A DNA stretch of 64,000 nucleotides, from positions 1 to 64,000 of the forward strand of contig QPGO01000194.1 in the NCBI GenBank assembly GCA_008632985.1, given 5' to 3'. Positions 35,010-47,156 of the stretch are shown piece after piece. The position numbers and the translations under genes are program-made. Under the pieces are notes generated by a model that had not been told where the DNA came from, ran no database searches, and saw nothing but the letters and a program-made list of their open reading frames with translations. Position 1 is the first letter of the stretch. Each line of letters starts with the position of its first letter. This DNA comes from Psammoneis japonica. Taxonomy: Eukaryota.

Positions 35010-36881
35010 ATGACTCGCAACGGCATGACGCTAACGACTCGCAGCTCTTCGATAACCGCGGATGGTTACTCAAGCGCTGGGAGTACAGGTTGGGGGGACG
35101 AAATGGGGGCAGGATCGGACCAGCTCTTCTTTGTCACCTCCTACTCCAACTTTGACAAACTTGGTGAGTTGTTGGCGAAGCATTCTTCGCCTTTTCGTAC
35201 GGATCCAGTGTTGTCGGAACCTTTTCATTCAGCTCGTCTCTCCGATAATGTTTCTCACCTTCTCTGTCTCATCTTGTATTGTTGTAGCCCACGGGCCACG
35301 AGGCACCGAAGCAGAGCATTCCATTTATGTGTATCGTTTTCATCCAAATGATGCTTCACTTGTGTTGCTCAACATCAGCGGCGATGCAAGTGATGTCCTG
35401 AACCCTGCATTCTCTCGTCTCCATCCACGGTAAGTGTACAGTCTTGGGTTGTAAGCTGTGCGGCTGTTTGACTGAAGACAAAACGTTGTGTTCTTACCCA
35501 TGAATTCTTTTGTTCATCATATGTATGTTCCAATCGGTGCAGATTGAACGTTGTATACACGTGTACAGAGGACGTGGAAGACAATGGAAAGATATTTGCT
35601 TACTCCATTGGCGCCAATGGATCACTTACTGAACTAGGTTCCGTCGATGCCGGCGGAACTTCAACCTGCTACCTCACGATTGACAAAGCCCAAGAGAATA
35701 TGCTGTGCGTGAACTACTGGGACTCGACGCTTGCCGTCATCCCCATCTCTCGCGAAACCGGCGAGTTCCTAGGTCCGATTCACAGCATGTATGATCCAAA
35801 GGGGGAAAGGGAATGGTTGCGGCCGCAAAGAAGAACGGCGGCGTGAACCATTCACGAAATGATGACTCCACCATTCGTCAACGCCAGGCGGATCCTCATT
35901 CGCATGCTCTCGTGCTTGACCCATATGTTGGGGCTGTTGCGTATGTTCCAGATTTGGGAAAGGACGTAGTGCGCGAATTCTACTACGATCGCAAAAAAGC
36001 GGCAATCGATATGGAGTTGAATGTACTACCAAGTGGCTTATGCACTGGAAAGCCCGATGGTCCACGCTACTTCGAGTTTCATCCAAACTACAATATTGCT
36101 TACGTTGTGAACGAGCTCAGTTCTACGGTAAGTCAGCAAAGTCGAAGGTTTGCACTGTCAACAATCCAGACTCTTGCTCTAAACTCATTGTTTCTTATTC
36201 CTAACTCTGTAGATTGCGGTCTTTTCTGTGGACCGCGCCCTACTCAATGAAATCGAAAGGGCAGCCAAAAATGGCGAGCCCATGGAAAGGTTCAAGGGAC
36301 GTTCCTCTTTGAGACTTATCCAGTCCATCAGCACGATTCCGAATGCTTTCCCAACGACGATGAATACCTGTGGCCGTATTACCGTCCACCAGTCGGGCCG
36401 ATTCGTCATCGTCTCGAACCGCGGCCATCAGAGCATCGCTATCTTCCGCGTCAAGACCAAGGGACCCAAACGCGGCCAGCTCTGTGCCGTCGGCTACTTC
36501 CACACTCGCGGAGAGACCCCGCGCCACTTTCAGTTTGACTCGAGTGGCCAGTTCCTCATTGTGGCTAATCAGGACAGTGATAGCATCGCCGTCTTCACCT
36601 TCAACCTGAGCAGCGGAGCGATTCAGTACTCGGGAAACGAGTATCACGTTCCGTCGCCGAACTTTGTTTGTTGCTGCCCTATTCAACCTGATCCTCCGTT
36701 ATCCGAGGTCCTTGGTGAAACGGAAAATGTGATTGAGTATGATCTAGCCAGTGAGGAGAGCACAATCCCTGTCGATGATGTCGAAAGCAAGGAGACTCTC
36801 AAGACCGAGCTCGCCAAAGCGCGTGACGAAATTGCAGAATTGCGGGAGCAGCTTGCCCGCCTTGCTGCCAAGAGCGACTAA
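35010..36881 (+). CDS. Beta-propeller lactonase (6-phosphogluconolactonase Pgl/YbhE, cycloisomerase-2 family) with C-terminal coiled coil
   Basis: RQADPHSHA, YVPDLGKD, GPRYFEFHP, YVVNELSST, VSNRGHQSIA, GETPRHF, VANQDSD. Three introns. One-base deletion in the G-run at ~35803. Confidence 0.88.
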
Positions 36882-37052
36882 ATAGTGAATGAAGGATTTC
36901 AGTGCTGACGAAAATATTGTCAATTGTAACACAGCGGCAGGTGTCATCAATCACATGCCGACAGGCTCTACCAGCACTACTAGAAACGTTTAAAAATTAA
37001 AGCAATACATACTAGAGTATTGTACTCAAAACAAAAACGCGCGATTGTCACT

Positions 37053-37941
37053 CTAGATCCCTTCTGGTCTGGGTCCACCAAAGAAATGGTGCTCACAAAG
37101 ACCCATTATCATGTCTTTCCTAAGGGCGCCTTCGATTCGATCCTTTAGGACAGCCTTAGCTTCCGGTTCAGACTCGCCCTCCTTTGCCTCATACTTGTCA
37201 AGAAACAGTAGCGTAGGCAATCCCATGATGTTTAATCTAGACGCCATGACTTCTTCCTTGTCTGTATCCAATTTGACAAACCGAACGCGGCCTTGCAGCT
37301 CTTGAGCTGCAGCTTCAAACTCCGGTGCCTAGTTTGATGAAAAAAGTAAAACCGATGAGACAGAAAGAAGGGAAACAGAGAAGTGCTAGCTCCAGTTACA
37401 GCGTTCAAAGTAAATCTCTTACCATGACGAGGCAAGGCCCTAAATTTTGACAAAGAATTCGATGAGACACAAAAAATGTAAAAAACGAGGGAAAACAACG
37501 AGTCGGTAAACGGAAAAGAGACAAGTTCTCCAAGGAGAAGACAGCGCAACACAGCGTCATCCTCCGAAGGTCAAATTTAATCTCTTACCACACCTATAGG
37601 GTAGCATCAAGAAAAGAATTCTTTAAGAAACACGGACAACTGCGGCAAACTTTGAAAACGGGGAAAAAATAAACAGAAGAACTAGGACCTGAAAGGAGCA
37701 GCGGCTCGTACCATGTCGCATATGCATCAATAACCAAGGGTTGATCCCAATCTGTCATCATGATTTCTAATTCTTCCCCTGTCACCAACGGCGCGGCCTT
37801 TTCTTTAGTCGAGTCTGATGCAAACAAAACAGATGAGGTCGATGGCTTTGTCGCTCTTGCGCCGACAGGAGCAAAACTCTCAACAGAGCAGAGTCCCGAA
37901 AGCAATGCAAAAACCGCGGGAAGAAGAGAAACTGCAAGCAT
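37053..37941 (-). CDS. Plastid-targeted thioredoxin, Trx z/CITRX-like
   Basis: Exons 37941-37712, 37593-37589, 37439-37423, 37328-37053 splice to VIDAYATWCGPCLVMAPEFE...FVKLDTD...GLPTLLF. Presequence ...VES-FAP. Confidence 0.9.
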
Positions 37942-38322
37942 TAGGTCAGGTTCAAGGGGATACGGAGAAAGACAACTGATTCGATGCTGCCTGTTATGTG
38001 CTTAGGGTGTCCAGTTCATCTCTCGTAATTAAATCAACATCATTCTCAAATTCATCGGCATCGCGGGCTTTCCGCTTTCCGCTTCTTTTCTCGTGCGTTG
38101 TGTGGTGTGCATCGCACGGCGGGCGGAAGACAGACGCAAATCATTTTTCCCGGCAGGTGGACAGGCGCCGACGAAAGGCTGATAGAAAAAGCAAGCAAGT
38201 AGCTACTCTAGGGCCCTTAATAGAACGGTATCTTCAGTCTGGAGAGCCCTAATTTCAAATTACTCGCTAAGCTTCACTTTAGCTCTAACATATATCAAAA
38301 ATTTGAAGGAGGCGCAGCCCTT

Positions 38323-41253
38323 TCAGGAAGAATCAGAAGCTTCACCATTTCGTGCGAGGCTCTTTTTCCACTCTTCTCGGAGCTTGGCATCACGATCAAT
38401 ATAGCAGTGGTCAAGCTTCAGTTTTTCGCTCTCACGAAGTCCCTTGTTGATAAAGGATATCGTCTCTTCCTTCAAAGCCTGGGCAGTTTGTTGTTCAACC
38501 GCATTACCTGGAAATCTCGCAGAAAGCCAAAGAAAGAGCTCAAGCTCATTGTGAATACTGCAAAGCGTGGAGAGATCATCGAAGGACTTGGCGCGCTTTG
38601 GAATGAGTTTTCTGGTGAACAGAATTCAAGAGAATCACGTGGTGTCAGCAACACACGAGTTTGAATCAGTTGCGGCCTCGGACTTTGTGTTGTCTGCACA
38701 TACCTTACCCGCTCAACCCTGGAGCTTCAGCGGTTGCGTACTTCTCAGCGAATTTCTTCAACGTCCGAAGTGAATACTGGTTGTTTACAGCAGCGGGAGC
38801 CATACAGATAGTATACTTGTCACGAATGGAAATAGGCAAGTCATCCACTAGCTGGGAGATGACTTGCATTGGAGTCTGCTTGCAATGAAGAAATCTCCCT
38901 TGGTCTTTGCGAGATCTTCGAACTCAACCAATATTTTGAAGAGATTGTCGTATTCTTTTCCTAGCTCGTACTTCTCGAGCGCTTCGCTAAAATTCTCGAT
39001 ATGGTCGGAGGTGGGAAGCAGCCCTGCCTTTGAATAGAAGGGACATTTTCTTTTATGCATTTTCGAAGATGTGCCATGTCGCGTGGATCGCGACAAGTAA
39101 CGAAACCGCAAGGAAAAGGGCTGTTCTTTCGTCCTGCGCGACCACTTATCTGCTTCACTGACGAATGATCAAGCTGGACGATTGCGTCTCCATTGGACTT
39201 GTAAACTGAATTGAAAATAATGCGACCAATGTTGAGATTCAGGCCCATGCCAATTGCGTCGCTCGCCACGAGAACATCGTAGCCGGAGTCTGGATCGTTA
39301 AAGAGACGCGCTTGGTCAGTCCTAGTTTCCGGCGGCAGCATTCCATAGACCACACAACACTTGTGCTCGGTAGTTCGCTCGATTTCTCTCTTAATGGCGA
39401 ATATATCGTTTCGCGAAAAGGCCACGACGCAGTCTCCTTTGCGACTGATTTAAAGCTTCCTCTCATGTTGGGGCTCGAAGCCACACTTTTCTTGGCAACT
39501 TTTAAGTCCCCGAATCGTTTGTAGCGTCTCAACTCAAACTCATCTCCGCAGACTTTCACCATCCGTCGAACAATCTCCTCCGCCTCTAAAGAACCGCACA
39601 CATGAATCTCCTTGCATCGCATTCCCAATAGAGCACGAGACCACGCAAAACCTCGAAATGGGTCAGCAATCATTTGCTAACATTTCGAGAGGATGTGTAG
39701 AGAGAAGAAAAAATGAGAAATCGAACGTGCAAAACAGAGGGAAGTGTCTGGCAACAGTGGTGGTACACACTCAGACGACTCACAATTTCGTCAATGACAA
39801 CGCAATCAAAGTCTTCCATCGTTGGAGCAATCTCTACCGTTGCTGCCACGTGGGTGCAAAAGGAACTTCACGTTTCTCTTGACCTGTATACAAGGAAGTG
39901 TACAAGCCCTGCGCAGTCAAGTTCTCGTAGACCTCTGCTGCCAAGAGCCGAAGGGGCCCAAGTATATGCCTTTCTGAGCTTTCTTAAGACGCTCGAGTGC
40001 AGCATGTGTCTTTCCTGAATTCGTTGGACCTCCATGAAAGATGATCTTTCGTCTATCCATTCTAGCGTGCTGGTACCATTCATGAGGTTTGGTCAGATCG
40101 GTTTTCGCATCCAGTACACGGTATTGTTCAATCATGCGACTGTGTCGGTCTTGTATATGCGCAGCAAATGCAAGCGAAATGTCTTTGAGTACGTCCTGGA
40201 CAACGCTACTCGCATGATCGTATTCAATTGTCGGCAAGACTGGCGAGAATCTGGCACAGTCGGCCTCGAGTCGTTTGATTTGATTCGCGACTTTGTCTAC
40301 CGCTAGCTGCACATGATGCACAGTTCGTTTCTGTTTCTCCAACCGTTCTACATACGCGTTGACAATCATGGAGTTACCCGAGTCTTTCTTGTCGGTAGGT
40401 TGTTTTGATGCATCCCCCCCTCCCACAAGGACGACACACTCTGAATTATTCGATCAACCGTAGACTTTGGTTCGTCGGTAGGAGGAACTTCGTCTTGTAT
40501 CTCGGGCGGTGGGTTACTTTCAAGCTCGCTTAAAAGCTGTCTGGACGATTCGAGTCTCCTGATACGCTTGTTGTATTGTTTTGTTTTGTCATTGAGCTTC
40601 TTTTCGTACTCCTGATAATCGGTCTTGTTTCTTCTAAAACTTCTGAACTTCTTTGACCACTGTAAGTCGGCAAAACCCACGTCGACGAGTCGATCAAGAA
40701 CATTTTCCAAATTCGGTTTCAATTTTTCCGGATTGTCTTGAACAGCGTGCGAAAAGCTTACAATGGAATCTTTATACAATTGCCGATAGTCATACAAAAC
40801 ACCTGACCCACCACTGCCGTTCGCGACAACACCTCGCTTCAAAAAGTCCATATTAAGTTTCTTTTTCACGTCTGCTTTCGACAACGAAGGATTAAGTTGA
40901 GTCATTGTGCGACGAAAGAACTGAACGTCATTGTCCAGCCAGTACGGAATTGACCTGGCAGCATTCTTGCGATCTCGCTTTTGAGATTTCTCATCTTTTT
41001 CTCTGGACGGCATTTCGGCAGGGATAGCCGCGCCCTTTTCTTTTCGTACGGTGAGTCGCCCCTTACTCGCGGAAAAGGACATTAGGTTTTGTTCATCTTT
41101 TAAGAGAGGCTGCGATGAAAGCCAGCGACGAGAACCTCCGACAAGCACGGGAGCATTCAAACATGCCGATCGCTGTAACGAACGAGGTGCGCACACAAGA
41201 GGTCGGCGGCTCCGAAGGCGCGTTCTACAGCTCGACACTGACATTCGCCTCAT
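38323..41253 (-). CDS. SUV3: Mitochondrial SUV3-like ATP-dependent RNA helicase
   Basis: [53 protein letters not shown]. Arg/Ser-rich presequence. One intron and several single-base deletions. Confidence 0.9.
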
Positions 41254-41605
41254 AATTCAATCATTCACTCTGATAGCTGAGCGTGTCTAGATGACAAGCT
41301 CCGCAATCTTCTATAGCTGTCTCTAGAGTAGATGGAACTTCGTTGTGGAATCGGGCGGTGGTGCCGTTTGCCGTTCACGGTGCGGTGGTGGGTGCGTGGT
41401 GTTCAGTGCTGTGTGCGTCGCGCTTCAAGAAAACGCGCGCGCGGGACCGACCATACAACCGCCTGAATCCGATCGCATGTCTCCGATCTGCCGACACGCC
41501 GACACACTGAACGAACCGACGACACACCATGAACCATGATTTCAGATTGCTTACGGCGTTGATGTTGTAATTTCATGTGGTTAATCCATTGGTGAATCTG
41601 ATATT

Positions 41606-43542
41606 ATGGTCTTTGGAGCATTGAGAGTCCAAGGATGGATTACCCAACATGTTTCGCGGAGATTGAAGAACGTTCATCGACGTGCAACTCATGGTCGATG
41701 TTTCTGTGCGGAACCAGACGGACATGGCAGCAGACGTCATATCATTACATACCTGACAGATGTGGAAGGCGATGCTGCTTACTTGAATCGCTACGTGGAA
41801 AATTCAAAGGTTCTGACCTTTCGTCAGGTGGAGCCTCGACTGGACTCATCAGGTTGTGAGTTTTTTCCATACCGCAAATGCATTGATTTCACATCAGACG
41901 ACAGCATCCTTGTGTATGGAGGAGATGTATGGGATCGGGGCGGATCAGATCTTTATGTCATTCGTCAACTTTTGGATTTAAGACGGCGGCATGGACCGGA
42001 ACGCGTGTACTTTTTATTTGGAAACCGAGATTTAAACAAGATGCGTATTCTTCAAGAAATAGGTTTGAACGATAACGAGCCACTGCCAAAGCACGGCGGT
42101 GTATACTTTTTACGAGGAACGGGTAGACAGGGTGATCCAGACTACTGTGAAAAGTTCTTATCTGGTGACGATAGCAGCTTGCAATCCTCATTGATGGTAC
42201 CGAGCCAAACGGCAGCGGAGAGACTCAAGTGGATGCTATCTCAAACAATGGGGAGTCCTGATGCTTTTGAGTCCCGACGATTAGAACTTGAATCCGAACA
42301 AAGGCTGTCATCTACTGGTAACGGGTCAGAAGCAGAGAATATCATGGTCACAGATGAGGATGTCGTACAGTCCTATAGAAACTCGTGCCATCCCAGTCAT
42401 GGCGAAATGGGACGTTACTTGTCAAAGGCCAATTTAGTGCTTCGCTTGGGCAATGTTTTGTTTATGCACGGGGCCCTTCCTCTTACGCAAAATGTATTGG
42501 ACAAGGTCATTGCTAAATGTGGAGGATCGCCTCCGAATGAAGAGGACGCAATGCGGTTGTGGACGGACTTTGATTTTGCCATGCCGTGGAGAAGACACGA
42601 TGATGAGGTAAGAAGCAATGTTTCAACCGTCGATGAGTGGTTCAATGAATTGAATGATTTTGCAAGACGACACATTGGTGCATGGAAGCATGATATTGCT
42701 GAAAAGGAAACCAGTAAAGGCCTTGACAAAGGACACAGTGACTTTGCTGCAAGTGATGCTTGGATTACGTACGGTGGCTACCATCAATCAGCAACAAGGC
42801 AACCGTACGGAGATTTGCTTCAATACGGAATGGGATGGACGCCAGGAGGGAAGCGAAATCCTACCGTGGTCTACTCCAGTTGGTTTGACAATGGAAACCC
42901 AACGTGCTATCGCCCTGATGTTGAGAATATCGAGTATCTCACGTTTGCCAGCTTGGTTCGCAGTTTCTTCAAAGTGTCCGGTTTCCAACTGTGCGTTTCT
43001 GGTCATCAACCTCATGGAGATGTACCAATGGCGATCCGTGTTATAGATGAAGCAAGTTCTTGTTGGATCATGTGCTGTGACACAAGCTACTCTGGGGATT
43101 TGAAATGGATCGACTCTGGTAAGAAGAAACGGACCAACCCTGGAAGAGGCAGTGGCACAAGCGGCCGAGGTGATCTGGCAGTCAGGTACGTTGTTTCTAT
43201 CTTATGAGATCTTCGCTATTTATTTTCTTAGCTAAGTGTATTTGCCCGATTCTGTCGATGATCGTATACTACGATAGCGAAGTATTGATTGAGCAATGCG
43301 TTCGCTCTGGGAAGGTTATCGGGGTCAAATGTCATGGCGTTCTTAGCGACGGATCGAGTTATGAGACTGTCAATCTCATGGAGGGTACGGATTTTGTGGG
43401 ACAGCCTGTATCTCCAAGTCTCTCCAAAAAGATTAGCGCTTCTGGCGACAACTATTGGGTAAAGGCCAAAATGAAAGATGGTTCCTACCTAGTCACTCGT
43501 GGTGAAGGATTCGAAGTGTTTAATCTCATTGTAAACGACTGA
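41606..43542 (+). CDS. Calcineurin-like metallophosphoesterase family protein
   Basis: TDVEG, GGDVWDRG, GNRD, MHG, GHQP motifs in canonical order. Intron ~43186-43277. Confidence 0.8.
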
Positions 43543-43552
43543 AGCTATGCAA

Positions 43553-44386
43553 CTACCATTCAGTCCACGACTTTTGTTTCATTGAAGTATTGCAAAGGGG
43601 ACACGTAGGCTCTTTGGCTCTCTTTGTTTTGTTTGCAAATGTGTACGCCCACTGATCTACGCACTCTACGTGAAACTCGTGTTGACAATTCGGCAGAATT
43701 CGAATGACATCGTCGCGTCTGTAGTCTTCGCAACAAATGCAACACGTGTCGTTATACTTTCGACAGTTTCGTACAGCTTCTTCCAATTCGTTTCTCTCCA
43801 AAAAATCCGTGGGCCTGGCACCGCGATGTGCAAGCATTTGTTTGAGTTGAGAAATAGAGCACAATGACATGTCCTCCTCTGGGACAAAGTGTTCGATAGG
43901 CAAGACCTCAATCATTTTCACAATCTCTTTTATTCGTCGTTCTTTGCTTCTTTCGTTGTCAGCAGCAGGCTCTAAGCCTTCCATGCGTGATAGCACGGCC
44001 AACAACCCAAAGATCAATTGTAAGTAGGACAAGGCACTCTCGATTCCAACAAACAGAGAGAGCGCCATGATTGTAATAGCGAAAGCAAAACCAATCAACG
44101 CGTGATGCCAATGCTCATGCAGATACGAGATTGCGTCTCGTGCGCTATTTCTAACCTCTCTCCATCCATCAGACGCCATCTGAAACACTGCATCCCATGA
44201 ATGCGAAGGGCTCAACGAAACGTAGGCAGAGACAACTCCCACAAACCCAAACACAACACCTACAATTTGGGCGACGCTCGGAACGCGACTCGTAGTTAAT
44301 GCTAATAGAATCTGTAGAATAAGGAGGATAATGAGGCCAGAATAGTACAAGGGCTCGACGTCGTTGGTCGTCAAGAACAGGATCAT
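43553..44386 (-). CDS. Multi-pass membrane RING-H2 E3 ubiquitin ligase
   Basis: CCICCEDY...LPNCQHEFHVECVDQW...CPLC with N-terminal hydrophobic helices. Confidence 0.88.
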   Translation of the reverse strand: MILFLTTNDVEPLYYSGLIILLILQILLALTTSRVPSVAQIVGVVFGFVGVVSAYVSLSPSHSWDAVFQMASDGWREVRNSARDAISYLHEHWHHALIGFAFAITIMALSLFVGIESALSYLQLIFGLLAVLSRMEGLEPAADNERSKERRIKEIVKMIEVLPIEHFVPEEDMSLCSISQLKQMLAHRGARPTDFLERNELEEAVRNCRKYNDTCCICCEDYRRDDVIRILPNCQHEFHVECVDQWAYTFANKTKRAKEPTCPLCNTSMKQKSWTEW

Positions 44387-44863
44387 GGTGGAGGCAAGCG
44401 CTAACCTTACTGGAACCTAAATTTATTTCAGGGCTTGCGCTTGAGCTTATTTCTATGTTCGATATTCAATGATGTTTACTTTCATAAGTACAGTACGATG
44501 ATATATGTACACAAATAAAATATCTATTCATACTGTTCGATTGAATCGAACTTGGATTCACTCAATTTTTCAGATTTTCGGTGAAAAAAATCGTCGACAT
44601 CATTCTGTCGCCTGCTACTGTTGCCAAATTGAAAGGTTGAAGACGATAGTCGTGACAGAGAGAACGAATACAAGAAAGAGACGCATTGACACAAGTGTTT
44701 TAAAGTGTGTTTCGTTGCTTCACTCGCTTTGAATTACACGCAAAGAAGAGCTTTCTCGATTTCCACACTCTGGAAAGAGGTACATAAAAGAGAACCCGAC
44801 ACACATTGTTCCATACCGGTAGGGCCGAGCGGGACTGGGGCTTGCTTTTACAAACGCACAACT

Positions 44864-47068
44864 ATGCCTCCCATGTATGAGGAAAGCACGGAGCCACTGG
44901 TTTCAGAACGGCAAGTTCGAATCCGTACAATGTCGACAAACCGAATTTTATCAATTGCAAGTTTAGTGGCGTTGGTTGGTGTCGCTGTGTACTTTCAGTG
45001 GCAGGTTCAGTTGCTCACTACGGAATTGGTGAAGGAGGAAGTTCAGATTAGTGACTTGAATTCCATAATTAACAAACAGGCAGAAGTGATACACAGGTTT
45101 AACACGTCAGTTACGAATTCGGACGTTGTAAAGCACCTGACCAAGCTCGAGAACAATTTGAATTCGACAGAACTAGAACTCAGGAACGAGTTGAAGAAAA
45201 CGGAGATGTCCATTGAGAATAGACTCTCACAGACTCTCACGACGTTGGACCAGACGGTAACAAAAGCTCAGGAGGATATTAGGAATGAGGTAGCGAAGGT
45301 CAAGGATGATGTCGATGAGTATGTGCGATCGACGCAGGACCAATTCAGTATGGAGAACGACTTTATGATTTAGTAAGCAAAACAAGCAGTGCGTACAAGA
45401 GCCGACCACCACTTGAACCATTGCGCTAACAGCATTTTGTTTCCGTGCTTGTAGCCAATTGGCTGGGACGTTTACGTTGCTCAGTGGACTAATCTCAATG
45501 TGGCACATGACGGCGCATCTTCGGCGTTATAATGAGCCCTCTGTGCAACGGAAAATTCTTGCCATTTTGTGGATGTGTCCCATTTACGCCATCACTTCCT
45601 GGCTTAGTTTAGTCTTCATCCAGTTTGAGGGATACTTGGCGATTGTGAAGGATTTCTACGAAGCGTACATTATTTACCAGTTTCTTTCTTTTTGCATTGC
45701 GGTTTTGGGACGTGGTGATCGAGAGGTCGTTGTGGATATACTTGCCGAAAATGCTGAACATCTCACTCCGCCCTTTCGGCTGTGCGGATGTTTCAATCCC
45801 GATCCGTATGAAAGCGACAGAGAATTAGCTGACGCTGTACTTTTGCAGTGCCAGAGCTTCGCCATGCAATTCGTATTTCTCAAACCTTTAACAACGATTG
45901 CACTTTTTGTCTTGGAAAAGATGGACTACTACGGAGGAGGAGAATCTGTGAATGATTACCGGTCCCCACAGTTTTACCTTATCATGACTCAGAACTTGTC
46001 CGTATTCATCGCCTTTGCTGGTCTGCTGAAATTTTACCATGCTGTCGACAAGGAGCTTGCGTGGTAAGATTCCGTCATGAGTTGTGGCGTGAGTTATTTA
46101 TGATACAAACTGGTTGCCCTCTAACCGCACGCTGCCCCTTATTTCGAATGCCCAAGGTGTCGACCATTTGCCAAGTTCCTTTGCATCAAAGGGGTGGTGT
46201 TCATGACCTTTTGGCAAGGTCTAGCTATTTCCATCCTTGCTAGCACGACAGATGTCGGCGGAGACGATGCACAGACTTGGGCCAGGTCTTCCCAGAACTT
46301 TCTGATTTGCCTGGAGATGCTTTTGTTCTCGATTGCACATTTTTATTGCTTTCCGGTAGAAGAATGGGAGGAAGGGTACAAGGCGGCTCATTCTGGTGGA
46401 CGGTTCGGAGATAGCATTGCCCTCAACGATTTCTATCAAGATCTGAAGCTAGTTATTTCGTAAGTTGCCCCAGTCGCGGTGGGTTGTACGCGTACCTTTC
46501 AACTTACAGTTTTCATTGTTCCGTGTTTAGGCAAAACAAGAAAAAAGGAAAGCTGAAACTCCAGCCACAAATCTTGGAAGCTCTAGAGGAGGGTGAAACG
46601 GATGAGAAAGAAAGCGAGACGCAGGCAGATACGAGTATTACGTCCGAAGATGTACCGGGAGACGATGAGGCCGAGAGTTTGTCAAACGCGGAAGACGTGC
46701 AAGAGGCAGCGACGCGCCTTCTCAACAGTCTCGCATTTATAGGAGGTGATACCAGTGTCCGGCAGATACCGAAGCCCGAACCAGAGCCAAGCATGGTGGA
46801 GAGCCCTCGCGCCGAAGACGTTTCTATCGGCAGTGCATCCAACAACCATGATAATGAAAGTGACAGCGCAGAAATCGCACCGATAGACGACGAAGTGCCA
46901 CCAAATGAAACCACAAGCCTTCTCAGTCGAGATTCCGAGGAAGAAGCTATCGAATCGATGAGAACTCACAACGACGATATGCTTCGGCCGAGCATTTTCA
47001 CGACGGTTTCAGACATCGAAGACTCATTTTTAGAGAAAGATCGAGTTAAAAATGGTTCTTCTCGTTAG
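44864..47068 (+). CDS. TMEM184/OST-alpha family membrane protein with N-terminal TM plus coiled coil
   Basis: ILWMCPIYAITSWLSL, DFYEAYIIYQF, QFVFLKP, KGVVFMTFWQG, QNFLICLEML. Three introns. Confidence 0.9.
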
Positions 47069-47156
47069 ATGTATTTCCATGTTAATACTCATAAATAAAA
47101 GAATGAAATAAAATGTACACAATCCGAGGCACAGCAGTCGTTTAGGTAGGTGTTGG

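Noticed and set aside
29750..41253. Frameshifts in HIS7 (~31038), LRR (~31799), lactonase (~35803) and SUV3 (~40417, ~39955, ~39443, ~39030, ~38881) as pseudogenisation or programmed frameshifting
   Set aside because: Each is repaired by adding one base to a short homopolymer in otherwise conserved genes, the usual long-read consensus error. It is also a reason to verify the TA signal with short reads.
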